Positions 20,795-30,787 are shown, counted from the stretch's first letter. The stretch: 64,000 nt of DNA from Candidatus Velthaea sp. (GCA_965214935.1 CBDCCS010000004.1:1-64000), one strand, 5' to 3'. Notes: generated by a model not told the origin, from the sequence alone. A program made the numbers and translations.

Positions 20795-20818
20795 TCTATC
20801 GAACAGGTGTTCGATAGA
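20795..20818. promoter_or_regulatory. LexA/SOS-like box (TCGAAC-N4-GTTCGA) within an inverted repeat with 11-bp arms
   Basis: TCTATCGAACA-GG-TGTTCGATAGA; the core matches the Gram-positive-type SOS box. Confidence 0.65.
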
Positions 20819-20867
20819 GGACCGTCAAAGTTTTCGCTCGTTCCGTCAGGGCGATTTGGAGGTTTAC

Positions 20868-22874
20868 ATGTCAACCGAGTTACCGCCGGGCTTGCGCGAG
20901 CCGGCTTTCGACCCGAATGCGATGCGCGTGCTCAAGGAGCGGTATTTTGCGAAAAAAGCGGACGGTGCAATTGAAACGCCGGCTGAATTTCTGTGGCGCG
21001 TGGCGTCGGCCATTGCCGTTTCCGAACGGCCGTATGCCGAGCATGCCGGTCGTGATGCCGGTGCGGTAACGACTTCGGTCGCGCACGCTTTTTACGATCT
21101 GCTGGCACGTCGGGATTTCATGCCGAATACGCCGTGTTTAGTCAACGCCGGACGACCGCTATCGATGCTATCGGCTTGCTTCGTGCTGCCGGTACCTGAT
21201 TCGATCGAAGGCATCTTTTATAATTTGCAGGCGATGGCGCTGATTCAGAAATCGGGCGGCGGCACCGGGTATGCCTTTTCGGAGCTTCGCGCAAACGGCG
21301 CACTCGTTGCATCGACCGGCAAAGATGCATCCGGTCCGGTCTCGTTCATGAAAGTTTTCAACGCGGCGACCGACTCGATCAAACAAGGCGGCGTTCGGCG
21401 CGGTGCCAACATGGGCGTCCTGCGCGTGGATCATCCCGATGTGTTTCACTTCATGCATTGTAAGAAAGAGCTGGATTCCGAGAATCGGGCGCTGTTCAAT
21501 CGGATGTCGGATACCGGCCGCTTCACCGCAACCCAACTCTCGCACATCAAGCAAGAGCTGCTGCAAACGCAAATGAACAACTTTAACATTTCAATCGGCG
21601 TCACCGACAAATTCATGTCGGCGGTCGAACATGACGTTGATTTTGATCTGATCGACCCACGTACGAAGTCGGTGGTGCGCACCGTCAAAGCACGCGAAAT
21701 TTGGGACGGCATGATCGAGGGTGCGTGGCAAAACGGCGAGCCGGGCGTGCTGTTTCTCGATCATCCGGAGTGGAATCCGCTGCCGGGTTTAGGTCCGATT
21801 GCGGCGACCAATCCATGCGGAGAGCAGGCGTTGCACGGTTACGATAGCTGCAATCTCGGCTCGATCAACGTCGGGCATTTTTACGAGTCGTCGAAGAACG
21901 ATGTCGATTGGGATCGCTTAGCTCACACCGTCGGCTTAGCTATTCGCTTTCTCGATAACGTCATCGATGCGAACATTTACCCGATCGACGAAATTAAAGA
22001 GATGGTTACGAATAACCGGCGGGTCGGCTTAGGGATCATGGGTTTTGCCGATTTGCTGGTACAGCTTCGTATCGCCTATGGTTCGCCGCAAGCGATCGCA
22101 CTGGCCGAGAACCTCATGAAGTTCATGCAATCTCACGCTGAGGATGCGTCCGAGCTTTTGGCTCGCGAACGGGGCGAGTTCCCAAATAAACATCTATCGA
22201 AGTGGGCCGACGACCCGCGGCCGCGGCGGAACGCCGCGTTGCTTTCGATCGCCCCGACCGGGACGATCTCGATGATCGCGGGCTGCAGCTTCGGCTGCGA
22301 ACCGTACTTCGGCATCGCCTACACCAAACACGTAATGAAAGACGCCGAAGGCCGCCCGCAGCACCTCTATTACGTGCTGCCGCTCTTTGAAGAAATTGCA
22401 AAGGACGAGGGTTTTTTCTCCGAGGCTTTACTGGCAAAAGTCGAAGAAAATCGCGGCTCCCTCAAAGGCATTTCCGAAGCGCCGGCGCTGTGGCAGGATG
22501 TCTTCACGGTAGCTGCAGATGTTTCGGTCGATCAACACATCGATATGCTTGCGGCCTTTCAGAAACATACGTGCAATGCAGTGAGCAAGACGATCAATGC
22601 GCCCAATGACGACACGCGGGAAAACGTTGCACGCTCGATTTTTCGGGCCTATCGGTCAGGTTGCAAAGGATTCACCTATTATCGCGACGGTTCGCGTACC
22701 GAGCAAGTCGTCACATTTTCTAAAGATGCAGATATCGGCGGCGTCAATCGCGATGCGGATGCTGCGACGTCCGATCATGCGGTGATTGCCGCCGAAGCGA
22801 TCGTGAAGGACGTCGTAGCCGATTCACTCGAAGCGCTGCTCGAGCGAGCAAACGCCTTGCTCGGAGAGAAGTAA
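20868..22874 (+). CDS. nrdJ: Class II (B12-dependent) ribonucleotide reductase, catalytic part (NrdJa)
   Basis: FMPNTP, LSACFV, KQGGVRRGANM, TNPCGEQ, CNLGSIN, SIAPTGTIS, CKGFTYYRDGSR; GGAGG SD. Confidence 0.93.
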   Translation: MSTELPPGLREPAFDPNAMRVLKERYFAKKADGAIETPAEFLWRVASAIAVSERPYAEHAGRDAGAVTTSVAHAFYDLLARRDFMPNTPCLVNAGRPLSMLSACFVLPVPDSIEGIFYNLQAMALIQKSGGGTGYAFSELRANGALVASTGKDASGPVSFMKVFNAATDSIKQGGVRRGANMGVLRVDHPDVFHFMHCKKELDSENRALFNRMSDTGRFTATQLSHIKQELLQTQMNNFNISIGVTDKFMSAVEHDVDFDLIDPRTKSVVRTVKAREIWDGMIEGAWQNGEPGVLFLDHPEWNPLPGLGPIAATNPCGEQALHGYDSCNLGSINVGHFYESSKNDVDWDRLAHTVGLAIRFLDNVIDANIYPIDEIKEMVTNNRRVGLGIMGFADLLVQLRIAYGSPQAIALAENLMKFMQSHAEDASELLARERGEFPNKHLSKWADDPRPRRNAALLSIAPTGTISMIAGCSFGCEPYFGIAYTKHVMKDAEGRPQHLYYVLPLFEEIAKDEGFFSEALLAKVEENRGSLKGISEAPALWQDVFTVAADVSVDQHIDMLAAFQKHTCNAVSKTINAPNDDTRENVARSIFRAYRSGCKGFTYYRDGSRTEQVVTFSKDADIGGVNRDADAATSDHAVIAAEAIVKDVVADSLEALLERANALLGEK

Positions 22875-22884
22875 GCCGGAGAGA

Positions 22885-23775
22885 ATGAAGATGGAAGAAA
22901 CGAAGGTAAAAGCAACGCTTGCGGCTTTGATTGCTCGCGTCGAACGGCTTGAAGCACACAACGCTCGTCTGACCGAACTTAACGCCGAGTGCGGTGCAAC
23001 GGTTGAAAAACTCGTTGCCCGGCTCGAGAACGCGCAAGCCGTTAACGCCGAACTAAAGATTGCGCTGAAGCCTGCTGCAGTCAAGGCATCCGGCACGACG
23101 TATCGCGAGCGGCCGGCGGTCATGCGTGGACGGACCGTGCAGTCGAACGTCGGTTGCGGGCCGCTCTACATCACGCTCAACGAAGACGACAACGGTAAGC
23201 CGTTCGAGGTTTTTTTCAAACTAGGAAAATCCGGTTCTTGTCAGCAGAGCTACCTCGAAGCACTCGGCGTCGCCATGTCCGTCGGTCTGCGTTATGGTGC
23301 CGATCCACAAAAGTTCATCGACAAATTCGAGGGCATGCGTTGCCCCAATCCCAAAATGCGAAACGCGGAAGGTCCGACGACGCTTTCATGCGCCGACGGT
23401 ATCTCACAGGGCTTGGCCAAAGCGCTGGCTTTAGCGTTGCCGGGCACCGATCCGCAAGTCGCCCACGAGTCGGGTTTCGTCGCGGTGGCCGAACCGCGCT
23501 TTCCTTATCCCGCCGAAGACGAGATTGAAAGCCGGCTCAATGCCAAATCGATCGATCTCATCGGCAACACCGGCTTTGCAAACGGCTCGAACGGCAACGG
23601 TCATTCCGGCATCGGCATGTCGTCAGCGGGTTCAAATGGCGATGGGCCGATCAACGTTCAGCGTGCGATGCAAACAGGAGTCGGTATGTGCCCGAAGTGC
23701 AGTGGACCGCTAATTAGCCAAGGCGGTTGCATTCAGTGTCTGCAGCAGTGCGGATACGTCGGGAAATGTTCCTAG
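22885..23775 (+). CDS. NrdJb: TSCPD-domain and Zn-ribbon C-terminal part of the class II RNR
   Basis: GCGPLYITLNEDDNGKPFEVF, TLSCADGI, CPKC...GGCIQC..CGY..KC. Confidence 0.88.
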   Translation: MKMEETKVKATLAALIARVERLEAHNARLTELNAECGATVEKLVARLENAQAVNAELKIALKPAAVKASGTTYRERPAVMRGRTVQSNVGCGPLYITLNEDDNGKPFEVFFKLGKSGSCQQSYLEALGVAMSVGLRYGADPQKFIDKFEGMRCPNPKMRNAEGPTTLSCADGISQGLAKALALALPGTDPQVAHESGFVAVAEPRFPYPAEDEIESRLNAKSIDLIGNTGFANGSNGNGHSGIGMSSAGSNGDGPINVQRAMQTGVGMCPKCSGPLISQGGCIQCLQQCGYVGKCS

Positions 23776-23825
23776 GGGACCGTTCGGCGGCGTGAACGTC
23801 ACGCGGTAGAAATATGGCATTAAAG

Positions 23826-23856
23826 AACCCGCGATACGCTCAGCGTAGCGCGGGTT
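23826..23856. terminator. Stem-loop between convergent nrdJb and hemerythrin genes
   Basis: AACCCGCG-A-TACGC-TCA-GCGTA-G-CGCGGGTT. Confidence 0.5.
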
Positions 23857-24015
23857 GCTGCGTTACACAAACTCGATTCGGTACTACGGTAAGCCGAACA
23901 GCCGCAGCACCTCTTTGGGCTGCGGCAACAACGATGATCTTCACATACCCGATCGAAGAAGCTCGCTTTTGGTTTACGGCAACGCCGACGGCGTAGCGCT
24001 TTTTATCTTCGACCG

Positions 24016-24639
24016 CTAGGCAACCGACTCGGCTGCGGACTCTTTAAATAACCTGATTTGTTCGCCGATATCACGTAGCTCGAGTTCGCTTAGCAGTTCG
24101 CGCGCCTGTTTGAACATCTCGGATTCTTCTTCTTCAACATGATGCTCGACTTGCTCGCTCATGACTTGCAGAACGGCCTTGTACGATTCGTCCGATGGTT
24201 CCATCGCCTCGATCTTAGCGATGAGTTCCTTTACCGAGCCGTGCTCGATATACGCTTCAAGTACTTCGTTCTTTGCGTCATCCTCGTTTGCATCCAACGC
24301 TTTCGTCTTGAGCGCCGGATAAAAAATTTGCTCTTCGGCTTCGGTATGAAGCTTAAGTTCGATGATAATCTGCTCGGCAAGATCTTCAATATCGGCATCA
24401 CCGGACTCAAGTTCGAGCGCCCGGCCGAATAGCGCCTTGACCTTCTCATGATCGGCTTTCAAAACAGCAAGCACGTCGCCGCCTTGGTCGGCAGCCAGCG
24501 AATCGTCGTCGCTTTCATCATTGAGCGATTCGATGAGCTCGTCTTTTCGCATGTGACTCGCACCGGAAACACCTGCGTCTTTTGCTTTTTCACGTAACTC
24601 CGCCACGCGCAATTCTTCGAGTTCCGTCTGTTCGGGCAT
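24016..24639 (-). CDS. Rho-N-terminal-like domain fused to a hemerythrin domain
   Basis: LEELRVAELREKAKDAGVSGASHMRKDELIESL (Rho_N-like); DH..., HTEAEE..FYP, EH..., HHVEEEE (hemerythrin); GGAGG SD. Confidence 0.85.
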   Translation of the reverse strand: MPEQTELEELRVAELREKAKDAGVSGASHMRKDELIESLNDESDDDSLAADQGGDVLAVLKADHEKVKALFGRALELESGDADIEDLAEQIIIELKLHTEAEEQIFYPALKTKALDANEDDAKNEVLEAYIEHGSVKELIAKIEAMEPSDESYKAVLQVMSEQVEHHVEEEESEMFKQARELLSELELRDIGEQIRLFKESAAESVA

Positions 24640-24845
24640 ATCTAGCACCTCCACGCCGATTGTGCCCAATCTCGCGCGTCCTACGCTGACGCCGCGTGGC
24701 TTCGACCGCGCTAAACAGCATCGGTCCCGCCCGAGATCGTTGTCGGCTGAAATCGCCACGCGCCCGTGCCGCGCCGTTCGATGCGCCTTGGCTGAAAACA
24801 ATCGATATTACCGGAGCGCTTCAAGCCCGCGTACAAACCAGCGGG

Positions 24846-26585
24846 GTGGAACGACTCCGTGACTTGGCGCACCGGCCGACGGCAACCGATCGGCTCGTCG
24901 GCAGCACGCTGGCCGGCGTGTTGCTTGTCTGTGCTGTCTTGGCAGTTGCGCCTCGGCCCGGCGTCACGCACGAACGACGGCTCGCGCAGCTGAGCCTGCC
25001 GACGACGGCACCCGCGAGCGGCGGCGACTTTATCGTCCAAAAAGGCTTGTATCTTACCGCTCCGATCGTCGTTGACGGCAGTCCGATTTTTCGAATCGCG
25101 GCGCCGATCGGTTCGAGCGCCACGCAACTGCCCATCGGCGCGCGCGTGACGCTCGTGCAAACGGCAATCGGCGAACTCCTTGCCGAAGCTGGAACCGGCC
25201 CAAACGCAGGCACGATTTTCGATCCGCGCACCGTACGCATCCACGCTCGAAGCGACGGTGATGCCGTCGTGCTCGAAGCGGTCGACGCCAAGCATACGGA
25301 TCCGCTGCCGATCGTCACGGTAACGGCAAACGATGCTCGCGCGAATTCGGTGAGCGTTGCAGCCCTCGGCGGCGAGTGGCAGGCAATACTCCAAAGTGCC
25401 GTCGTCCAGGCGCTCGTGCGCCGTCAGCCGGCGGTCGAGCGGCGTAGCCTGCAAAGCGTCATACGCGTTGCCGGCGTAATGATCGCCGTTTCGATCGGCG
25501 TCTATTTTTTTCTGCGTTCACTTTGGCGGCAAATGGCGGTCCTCGAAGCGCAGATTAGCCAAACCCTAACAAACACCGGGCCGCAAGCGCCCGAGGATGC
25601 ATCGGCCGGCAGCCAACGCCGCCGGAGCTTTGCCGTGCAGCTCAAAAATCTTAAACCGGCGCAGCGCTTGGGCTTCTACGGCGCCGTCGCCGAAACGACG
25701 CTCTGGGCAATCGCCCTGGCGTGGTTGACTGCCGCAACATGGAGTTTATCGCTGTTCGCCGAGACGACGCCGCTGTCGCAAACGATCGCTCACGACGCGT
25801 TTAGCGTAGCAGCGACGGGCATCTTTGCAATTCTTCTCACGCGTGCCCTCGACGCGCTCATCGTACGAAGCGCGGGCGCTTGGCGCATGCGACGTGTTGC
25901 AAACTCCGACGACCGCGCGCGTTCGTTGCTGCGCATTCCAACGATCGCACGTGCCGTTGGCGGAGCGAAGAATTTTGCGATTGTTTTTATCGCGCTGCTT
26001 TCGGTGCTCGGGCAAATAGGCGTACCGATCGGATCCGTCATTACGATCGGCGGTTTGACCGCCATCGCGCTTTCGCTCGCGGCACAAAACTTCGTGCGTG
26101 ATTTCCTTAATGGGTTTCTCGTCTTACTCGAAGACCAGTATGTCGTCGGAGACTATGTAACGATCAATGCCTTTAGCGGCATCGTCGAACAGTTAACGTT
26201 ACGGATGGTCCAAATCCGCGACGCAAGCGGCGACGTGGTGACGATACCGCATAGTTCGGTGACGAACGTGGTCAATCAATCGCGCAACTGGTCGCGAATC
26301 GACTTCCGCATCCCGGTCGATCCGGGCGCCGATATCGCGAAAGCGATGCGCATCATACGCGAACAGATTATGGATTTACGATCCGACTCGGACTGGCTCT
26401 ACGGAACTGAAGATCCGATCGAATGGATCGGCGTTGACGCAGTAAGCCGGGATTGGGCAATTCTTCGGGCATCGGTACGGACGGCGCCGCTGCAACAGTT
26501 TGCGCTACGACGGCAAATCAACGAACGTGTGTTAGCAGCATTCTCGGCCGGCGGCATTGCGCTTGGAGCGCAACTGCCGCTTTAG
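24846..26585 (+). CDS. MscS-family mechanosensitive channel with N-terminal extension (start approximate)
   Basis: AAQNFVRDFLNGFLVLLEDQYVVGDYV, G.VE.LTLR, IPHS...V.NQSRNWSR. Confidence 0.9.
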   Translation: MERLRDLAHRPTATDRLVGSTLAGVLLVCAVLAVAPRPGVTHERRLAQLSLPTTAPASGGDFIVQKGLYLTAPIVVDGSPIFRIAAPIGSSATQLPIGARVTLVQTAIGELLAEAGTGPNAGTIFDPRTVRIHARSDGDAVVLEAVDAKHTDPLPIVTVTANDARANSVSVAALGGEWQAILQSAVVQALVRRQPAVERRSLQSVIRVAGVMIAVSIGVYFFLRSLWRQMAVLEAQISQTLTNTGPQAPEDASAGSQRRRSFAVQLKNLKPAQRLGFYGAVAETTLWAIALAWLTAATWSLSLFAETTPLSQTIAHDAFSVAATGIFAILLTRALDALIVRSAGAWRMRRVANSDDRARSLLRIPTIARAVGGAKNFAIVFIALLSVLGQIGVPIGSVITIGGLTAIALSLAAQNFVRDFLNGFLVLLEDQYVVGDYVTINAFSGIVEQLTLRMVQIRDASGDVVTIPHSSVTNVVNQSRNWSRIDFRIPVDPGADIAKAMRIIREQIMDLRSDSDWLYGTEDPIEWIGVDAVSRDWAILRASVRTAPLQQFALRRQINERVLAAFSAGGIALGAQLPL

Positions 26586-26591
26586 TCGAAA

Positions 26592-27293
26592 TTACTCGTG
26601 GCAGACGCCGACCTCATTCGAACCCGACGAGCACGGTGCGACCACCGGCGTTGCAGGCGGTGTAAACGAATGATTGCCGACGATCGAGCCGATTGCGGGA
26701 AACAGCAATCCAAGAAACGGCAACGCGGCGGTGTGGCCACCGGCGACAACTGCCGGAACAAATGCTGCGACCGGGGCAACGGTCGGCGGGGTATCAAACG
26801 TCACCGGCGTGTCGGCGACGGCGACCGGTACCGCCGCGACATACGTTGCGGCACGTACGGCTTTGGGCTGCGTACGCACAACCGCGGGCGCATGAAAAGC
26901 GACGACCCGCGGCCGATGAGCGATTGCGCGGCCGTGATTCATCGATAAATTGCCGCAAATTCGTGGGATGAGCACAGTCGTTCCATCGGCGAGGTTGACT
27001 TGCCAGCCCATCGTACCGCTGGGCACGACCACATTACGCAGCGCATAGACGTGACCGTTACGATGATGAACGCCCGCCATTGCGTCGATATGACGCGGTA
27101 GGCGGACATACACGGCTCCACCAGCGGTGAGCGCCTGCCGAAATTCCGCATACTCACGCGTCGTTAAGCCGATCTTCTCCGCTGCTTCGCTATACGCCGA
27201 CGAACGATCTTGCGTTACGGCGTACACGTCGGCTACGCGCACCGGTTGCACCGGGCTCATGCGGTCGACGTATAAATTTACGGGTATTGACAT
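26592..27293 (-). CDS. Hypothetical protein with Pro/Ala linker, hydrophobic segment and Cys-containing tail
   Basis: 233-aa ORF with GAAGGA SD; IPRICGNL motif; ends PCSSGSNEVGVCHE. Confidence 0.7.
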   Translation of the reverse strand: MSIPVNLYVDRMSPVQPVRVADVYAVTQDRSSAYSEAAEKIGLTTREYAEFRQALTAGGAVYVRLPRHIDAMAGVHHRNGHVYALRNVVVPSGTMGWQVNLADGTTVLIPRICGNLSMNHGRAIAHRPRVVAFHAPAVVRTQPKAVRAATYVAAVPVAVADTPVTFDTPPTVAPVAAFVPAVVAGGHTAALPFLGLLFPAIGSIVGNHSFTPPATPVVAPCSSGSNEVGVCHE

Positions 27294-28000
27294 GCTACGT
27301 TTCCTTCAAGCGACGGCAAAGGTATAACGCAACAGTGTGTCCTTTAGATGATCGGCCGGGCTATCGGCGACACGTTGTTGCTGTGCTTGCTTGTTTTCCC
27401 GATTGCGCTTCCCAATATTGCCGACGAGCGTCGACGATTTACAGGACCTCCGGCCTACGCGCGCTCAAAAATTAATTAAGCGAAGTCCGTGCAAATTAGC
27501 CGCTGTGCTAAATAAGCGCAGCGACGACTCGAGATTCGACGGGTTCGTGACGAGAGAATTAAGCTACGAACGTACCTAGCTGCGCATTCGTTTCTGCATG
27601 CGGTCGGCGTCTACGCTTCGGGCGTGCGTTGCTCGCCGATAGGCCCGTTGCGGCAGCTCGGTCACCCGGCCGTAAGCAGCATCCATGGCCTGAACGGCTA
27701 TTCAGGCCCCCGTTGCGCGAGGTGTTCACCGGTTGACACGCACCATTAACGTTCGGGCATGCCGAGTGCGCTAATTTACTCTAATGACCGATGTATTGTT
27801 TTGCTAAGCCAAGTAAGCGTCAATGATTGCAGCTTGCGACTTAATTCAAGCGCGCATCAATTTTGCCGGCGCTCTTGCGGTCGGGACTCAACGTGCTTGC
27901 TGCTTCACACCGAAAACGCCCGCCGGCGAAAACGATACCGCTCGCTTCGTTCGCTTGCGGTCGGCGTGGCACCAATCCGCGGCTTATCGAACCGCAGGCC

Positions 28001-29479
28001 TCAGGCGGTCCACAGATCGCGCATCCAGGCTTCGATTGCGTCGGGACTGCGCGGTAACCCGGCACTCAGCACGCGATGGCCGTCGGTTGTAATGACGAGA
28101 TCGTCTTCAATCCGGACGCCGATCCCGCGGTAGCGCACCGGGACGGTTAAATCGTCGGGTTGAAAATATAGTCCCGGTTCGACCGTTAACACCATTCCGG
28201 GGGTGAGCCGGCCGTACTTGTACGCCTCTTGCCGGGCAGCCGCGCAGTCATGGACGTCCAAACCGAGCATATGGCTTACGTTGTGCAGCGAATAACGCTT
28301 GTAAAAGCGGTTCGTGTCGAGCAACGCCGTTTGGGCGCCCATCGGCAGAATCCCCAAGCGCTCGAGACCGTGCGCGAGCACGTGCATCGCAGCCCGGTTC
28401 GGTTCCATAAAGTCGTTGCCGGGACGGCAAGCCGCAAAGCCGGCATCCTGCGCATCGAGGACAAGCTGATAAATCTCGCGCTGTTCTGCAGAAAAGCGGC
28501 CGGCGATCGGAATCGTTCGGGTGACATCGGCCGTATAGAGCGTGTTCGCTTCGACACCGGCGTCGAGCAGAAGCAATTCGCCGGCGCTGAGTGCACCGTT
28601 GTTGGCCGTCCAGTGCAGCGTACACGCGTGAGCGCCGCTCGCGGCAATCGTGCCATATCCCACGTCGTTGCCGTCAATGCGAGCGCGTAGACCAAAGATG
28701 CCTTCGACCCAGCGTTCGGTAGCCGACCGCGGGAGCGCGCGCACGACATCCTCGAAGCCGCGTTGCGTCGCATCGATTGCGTTTTGCAACTGGGCTAGCT
28801 CGAATTCATCTTTGATCAACCGCAGCTCGGAAAGTGCGGCGGCGAAGGCCTCGTCACGTTGAGCCTGCAGCGGCAGAATCGTTTCGAGCGTCGAATCGAT
28901 GCCGCGTAAAAGCCGAAAAGGACGCGCTGCATCTTCACGATTGAGTATGCGGAGGTCGTCGAGCAGTTCCGGGAGACCGCGTGCCGTCAGCCCGAAGCGT
29001 GCGGCGCTTTCGTCGACGCCAAGCCGTGCGCCCACCCAAAGTTCGCCTTTGGTCCGGTCGGTATAAAACGTCGCATCGGTTTTGCCCGGATTGGGTTCAA
29101 CATACAGCGTCGCTGCATGGCCGCCGGCCTCCGGAATCAGAACGAGGACGGCATCGGGCTCGAGATTGCCCGACAGATAATAGTGGTCGCTTCCGGCCCG
29201 AAACCGATAAGTGGTGTCGTTAGCGCGTACCTTCTCGCGCCCGGTCGGGACGATCAGCACTTCATCGGGAAAGAGCCGGCTAAGCGCCGCCCGACGAAGC
29301 GCGAAACGTTCCGCACCCTCCATGCGCGCCGGCAGGCCGGCTTTCGGAGCCCACTGGGTCAACATAAAATCAAGTAGCGCCGGCGGCGGCGAATCGTCGT
29401 ACGCCGTCACCGGCGGGAGCGCTAAGCCGGTTTCGAGCGCTTGCGCAGTCTCCCGAACAGTATCTGCCATCGCGAACAC
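28001..29479 (-). CDS. pepP: Xaa-Pro aminopeptidase (M24B)
   Basis: HACTLHW, LDAGVE..YTADVTRT, HNVSHMLGLDVHD, TVEPGLY, GVRIEDD. Confidence 0.93.
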   Translation of the reverse strand: MFAMADTVRETAQALETGLALPPVTAYDDSPPPALLDFMLTQWAPKAGLPARMEGAERFALRRAALSRLFPDEVLIVPTGREKVRANDTTYRFRAGSDHYYLSGNLEPDAVLVLIPEAGGHAATLYVEPNPGKTDATFYTDRTKGELWVGARLGVDESAARFGLTARGLPELLDDLRILNREDAARPFRLLRGIDSTLETILPLQAQRDEAFAAALSELRLIKDEFELAQLQNAIDATQRGFEDVVRALPRSATERWVEGIFGLRARIDGNDVGYGTIAASGAHACTLHWTANNGALSAGELLLLDAGVEANTLYTADVTRTIPIAGRFSAEQREIYQLVLDAQDAGFAACRPGNDFMEPNRAAMHVLAHGLERLGILPMGAQTALLDTNRFYKRYSLHNVSHMLGLDVHDCAAARQEAYKYGRLTPGMVLTVEPGLYFQPDDLTVPVRYRGIGVRIEDDLVITTDGHRVLSAGLPRSPDAIEAWMRDLWTA

Positions 29480-29529
29480 TTCGCTTCGAGTAACGGGGTC
29501 GCCCGCGCCGGCAAACCGAAGCCTGCGAC

Positions 29530-29913
29530 ATGATTGACGGTATCGGCGGTATCTTTCTCATTGCAGACGATGCGCCGGCGCTCGCCGGCTGGTACCGCGA
29601 GAAGCTCGGTATTGCGTTCAACAGCCCGGCGCCCGACGGTGCTTTTGCGCAAACGTTTTTTGCTTGGCGCCATGACGCTCCGGAACGGACCGCGCGCGCC
29701 GTCTTCGCCATTTTTGCACGCGACGGCGAGCCGCGCGAACCGACGAGCTTCTCAGTGAATTACCGCGTCACCGATTTAAGCGAGATGCTCGAGCGTCTTC
29801 GTGCGCACGACATCGCAATTGAAAAAACGGAAGATTTTGCTTACGGACGGTTCGCCTGGTGTCACGACCCGGAAGGGAACCGCATCGAACTTTATGAGGA
29901 TTTGCTGCCATGA
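29530..29913 (+). CDS. VOC/glyoxalase family protein
   Basis: GIGGIF...LAGWYREKLG; YGRFAW..DPEGNRIELYE. Confidence 0.9.
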   Translation: MIDGIGGIFLIADDAPALAGWYREKLGIAFNSPAPDGAFAQTFFAWRHDAPERTARAVFAIFARDGEPREPTSFSVNYRVTDLSEMLERLRAHDIAIEKTEDFAYGRFAWCHDPEGNRIELYEDLLP

Positions 29914-30164
29914 ACGAACGGCAAGAACCGCCGCATCCACCGTATGAAGAGTATCGCACGGCACTCGGCGATCATGCCGACGGACACGCTGCACTCGACG
30001 ACCTTCATGCGTCACTGCATCAGGCCACGCCGCGCGCCGCAGACGTTGAATCATCCGTCGGCCGCCTACGTACGATCCCGGTTATCGAAGCGCGCGTCGC
30101 AAACTGGTGGGATGCTCCACGCACGCAAAATTGGTTGAAGATCATCGCCGATACCGGCCTTTAA
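29910..30164 (+). CDS. Small helical hypothetical protein
   Basis: ATGA overlap with the VOC gene; 84 aa ending IIADTGL. Confidence 0.65.
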   Translation: MNERQEPPHPPYEEYRTALGDHADGHAALDDLHASLHQATPRAADVESSVGRLRTIPVIEARVANWWDAPRTQNWLKIIADTGL

Positions 30165-30658
30165 CAGCGGCGTTCCGGCGGGGAAGCGACGGGTTCCGAC
30201 GGCAACGCCGGAATTGCCGTACGCCGGGGCTGGGGCATGGCGCCGCCGACGGGCGGCGGAACCGGCAATACGTGCGGCGTGGCAAGCGGTGCGGCACCGG
30301 ACGAAAAAGTACCGCGGTACGCGGTTGGGGTCGCGATCGGGGCAGCTTCCGACATGACGATCGCCAGCGTTCTCGTCCGCGAATCAAAGGTCGCGCTACC
30401 GCCGAGTCCCGTTACGACGCGCCCGACTTCAATGTACGGCGCATCGTCATCGATCAAGATGACGGGCACGACAATCTGCTCGCCGTTCCGTTCGATCGTG
30501 ACGGTTCGACGCTTGGGATCGTACACCACGCGCGAGCCGAGCCGGGCGATGACCGGCGTCAATGGGCTGATGACGCGGCCGCCCGCCATCCGCGCCGGAG
30601 CGGAACTCGAGACGATCGAGCCGTTGATCACGATCGTCACGGCCGCCGGTACGAGCAT
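30161..30658 (-). CDS. Copper amine oxidase N-terminal (stalk) domain protein
   Basis: VTIVING....APARM.GGRV..PL..V...LG..V.YDP..RTVTI, with a repeated unit. Confidence 0.75.
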   Translation of the reverse strand: MLVPAAVTIVINGSIVSSSAPARMAGGRVISPLTPVIARLGSRVVYDPKRRTVTIERNGEQIVVPVILIDDDAPYIEVGRVVTGLGGSATFDSRTRTLAIVMSEAAPIATPTAYRGTFSSGAAPLATPHVLPVPPPVGGAMPQPRRTAIPALPSEPVASPPERRC

Positions 30659-30787
30659 CTCAAGGGCATGCTGCGCGCAACGCATGCTTTGCCCCTGTCG
30701 CGCTCAACGCCGGCCGCTGCAACGCTCCGCGGCGGACCAGCCGTTTCGTCGATAAGGAACGCCTTGCCGTGCGTTGAAAAATGAACG

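Noticed and set aside
20573..20867. Cobalamin riboswitch for nrdJ
   Set aside because: No B12-box elements are seen, and the leader after the predicted promoter is only ~95 nt.
21468..21572. Intein in nrdJ
   Set aside because: A ~30-aa insertion sits before NNFNIS, but it is too short and lacks the Cys/Ser start and His-Asn end.
23814..24018. Small ORFs between nrdJb and hemerythrin
   Set aside because: Several frames are open, but there is no convincing SD, start or motif.
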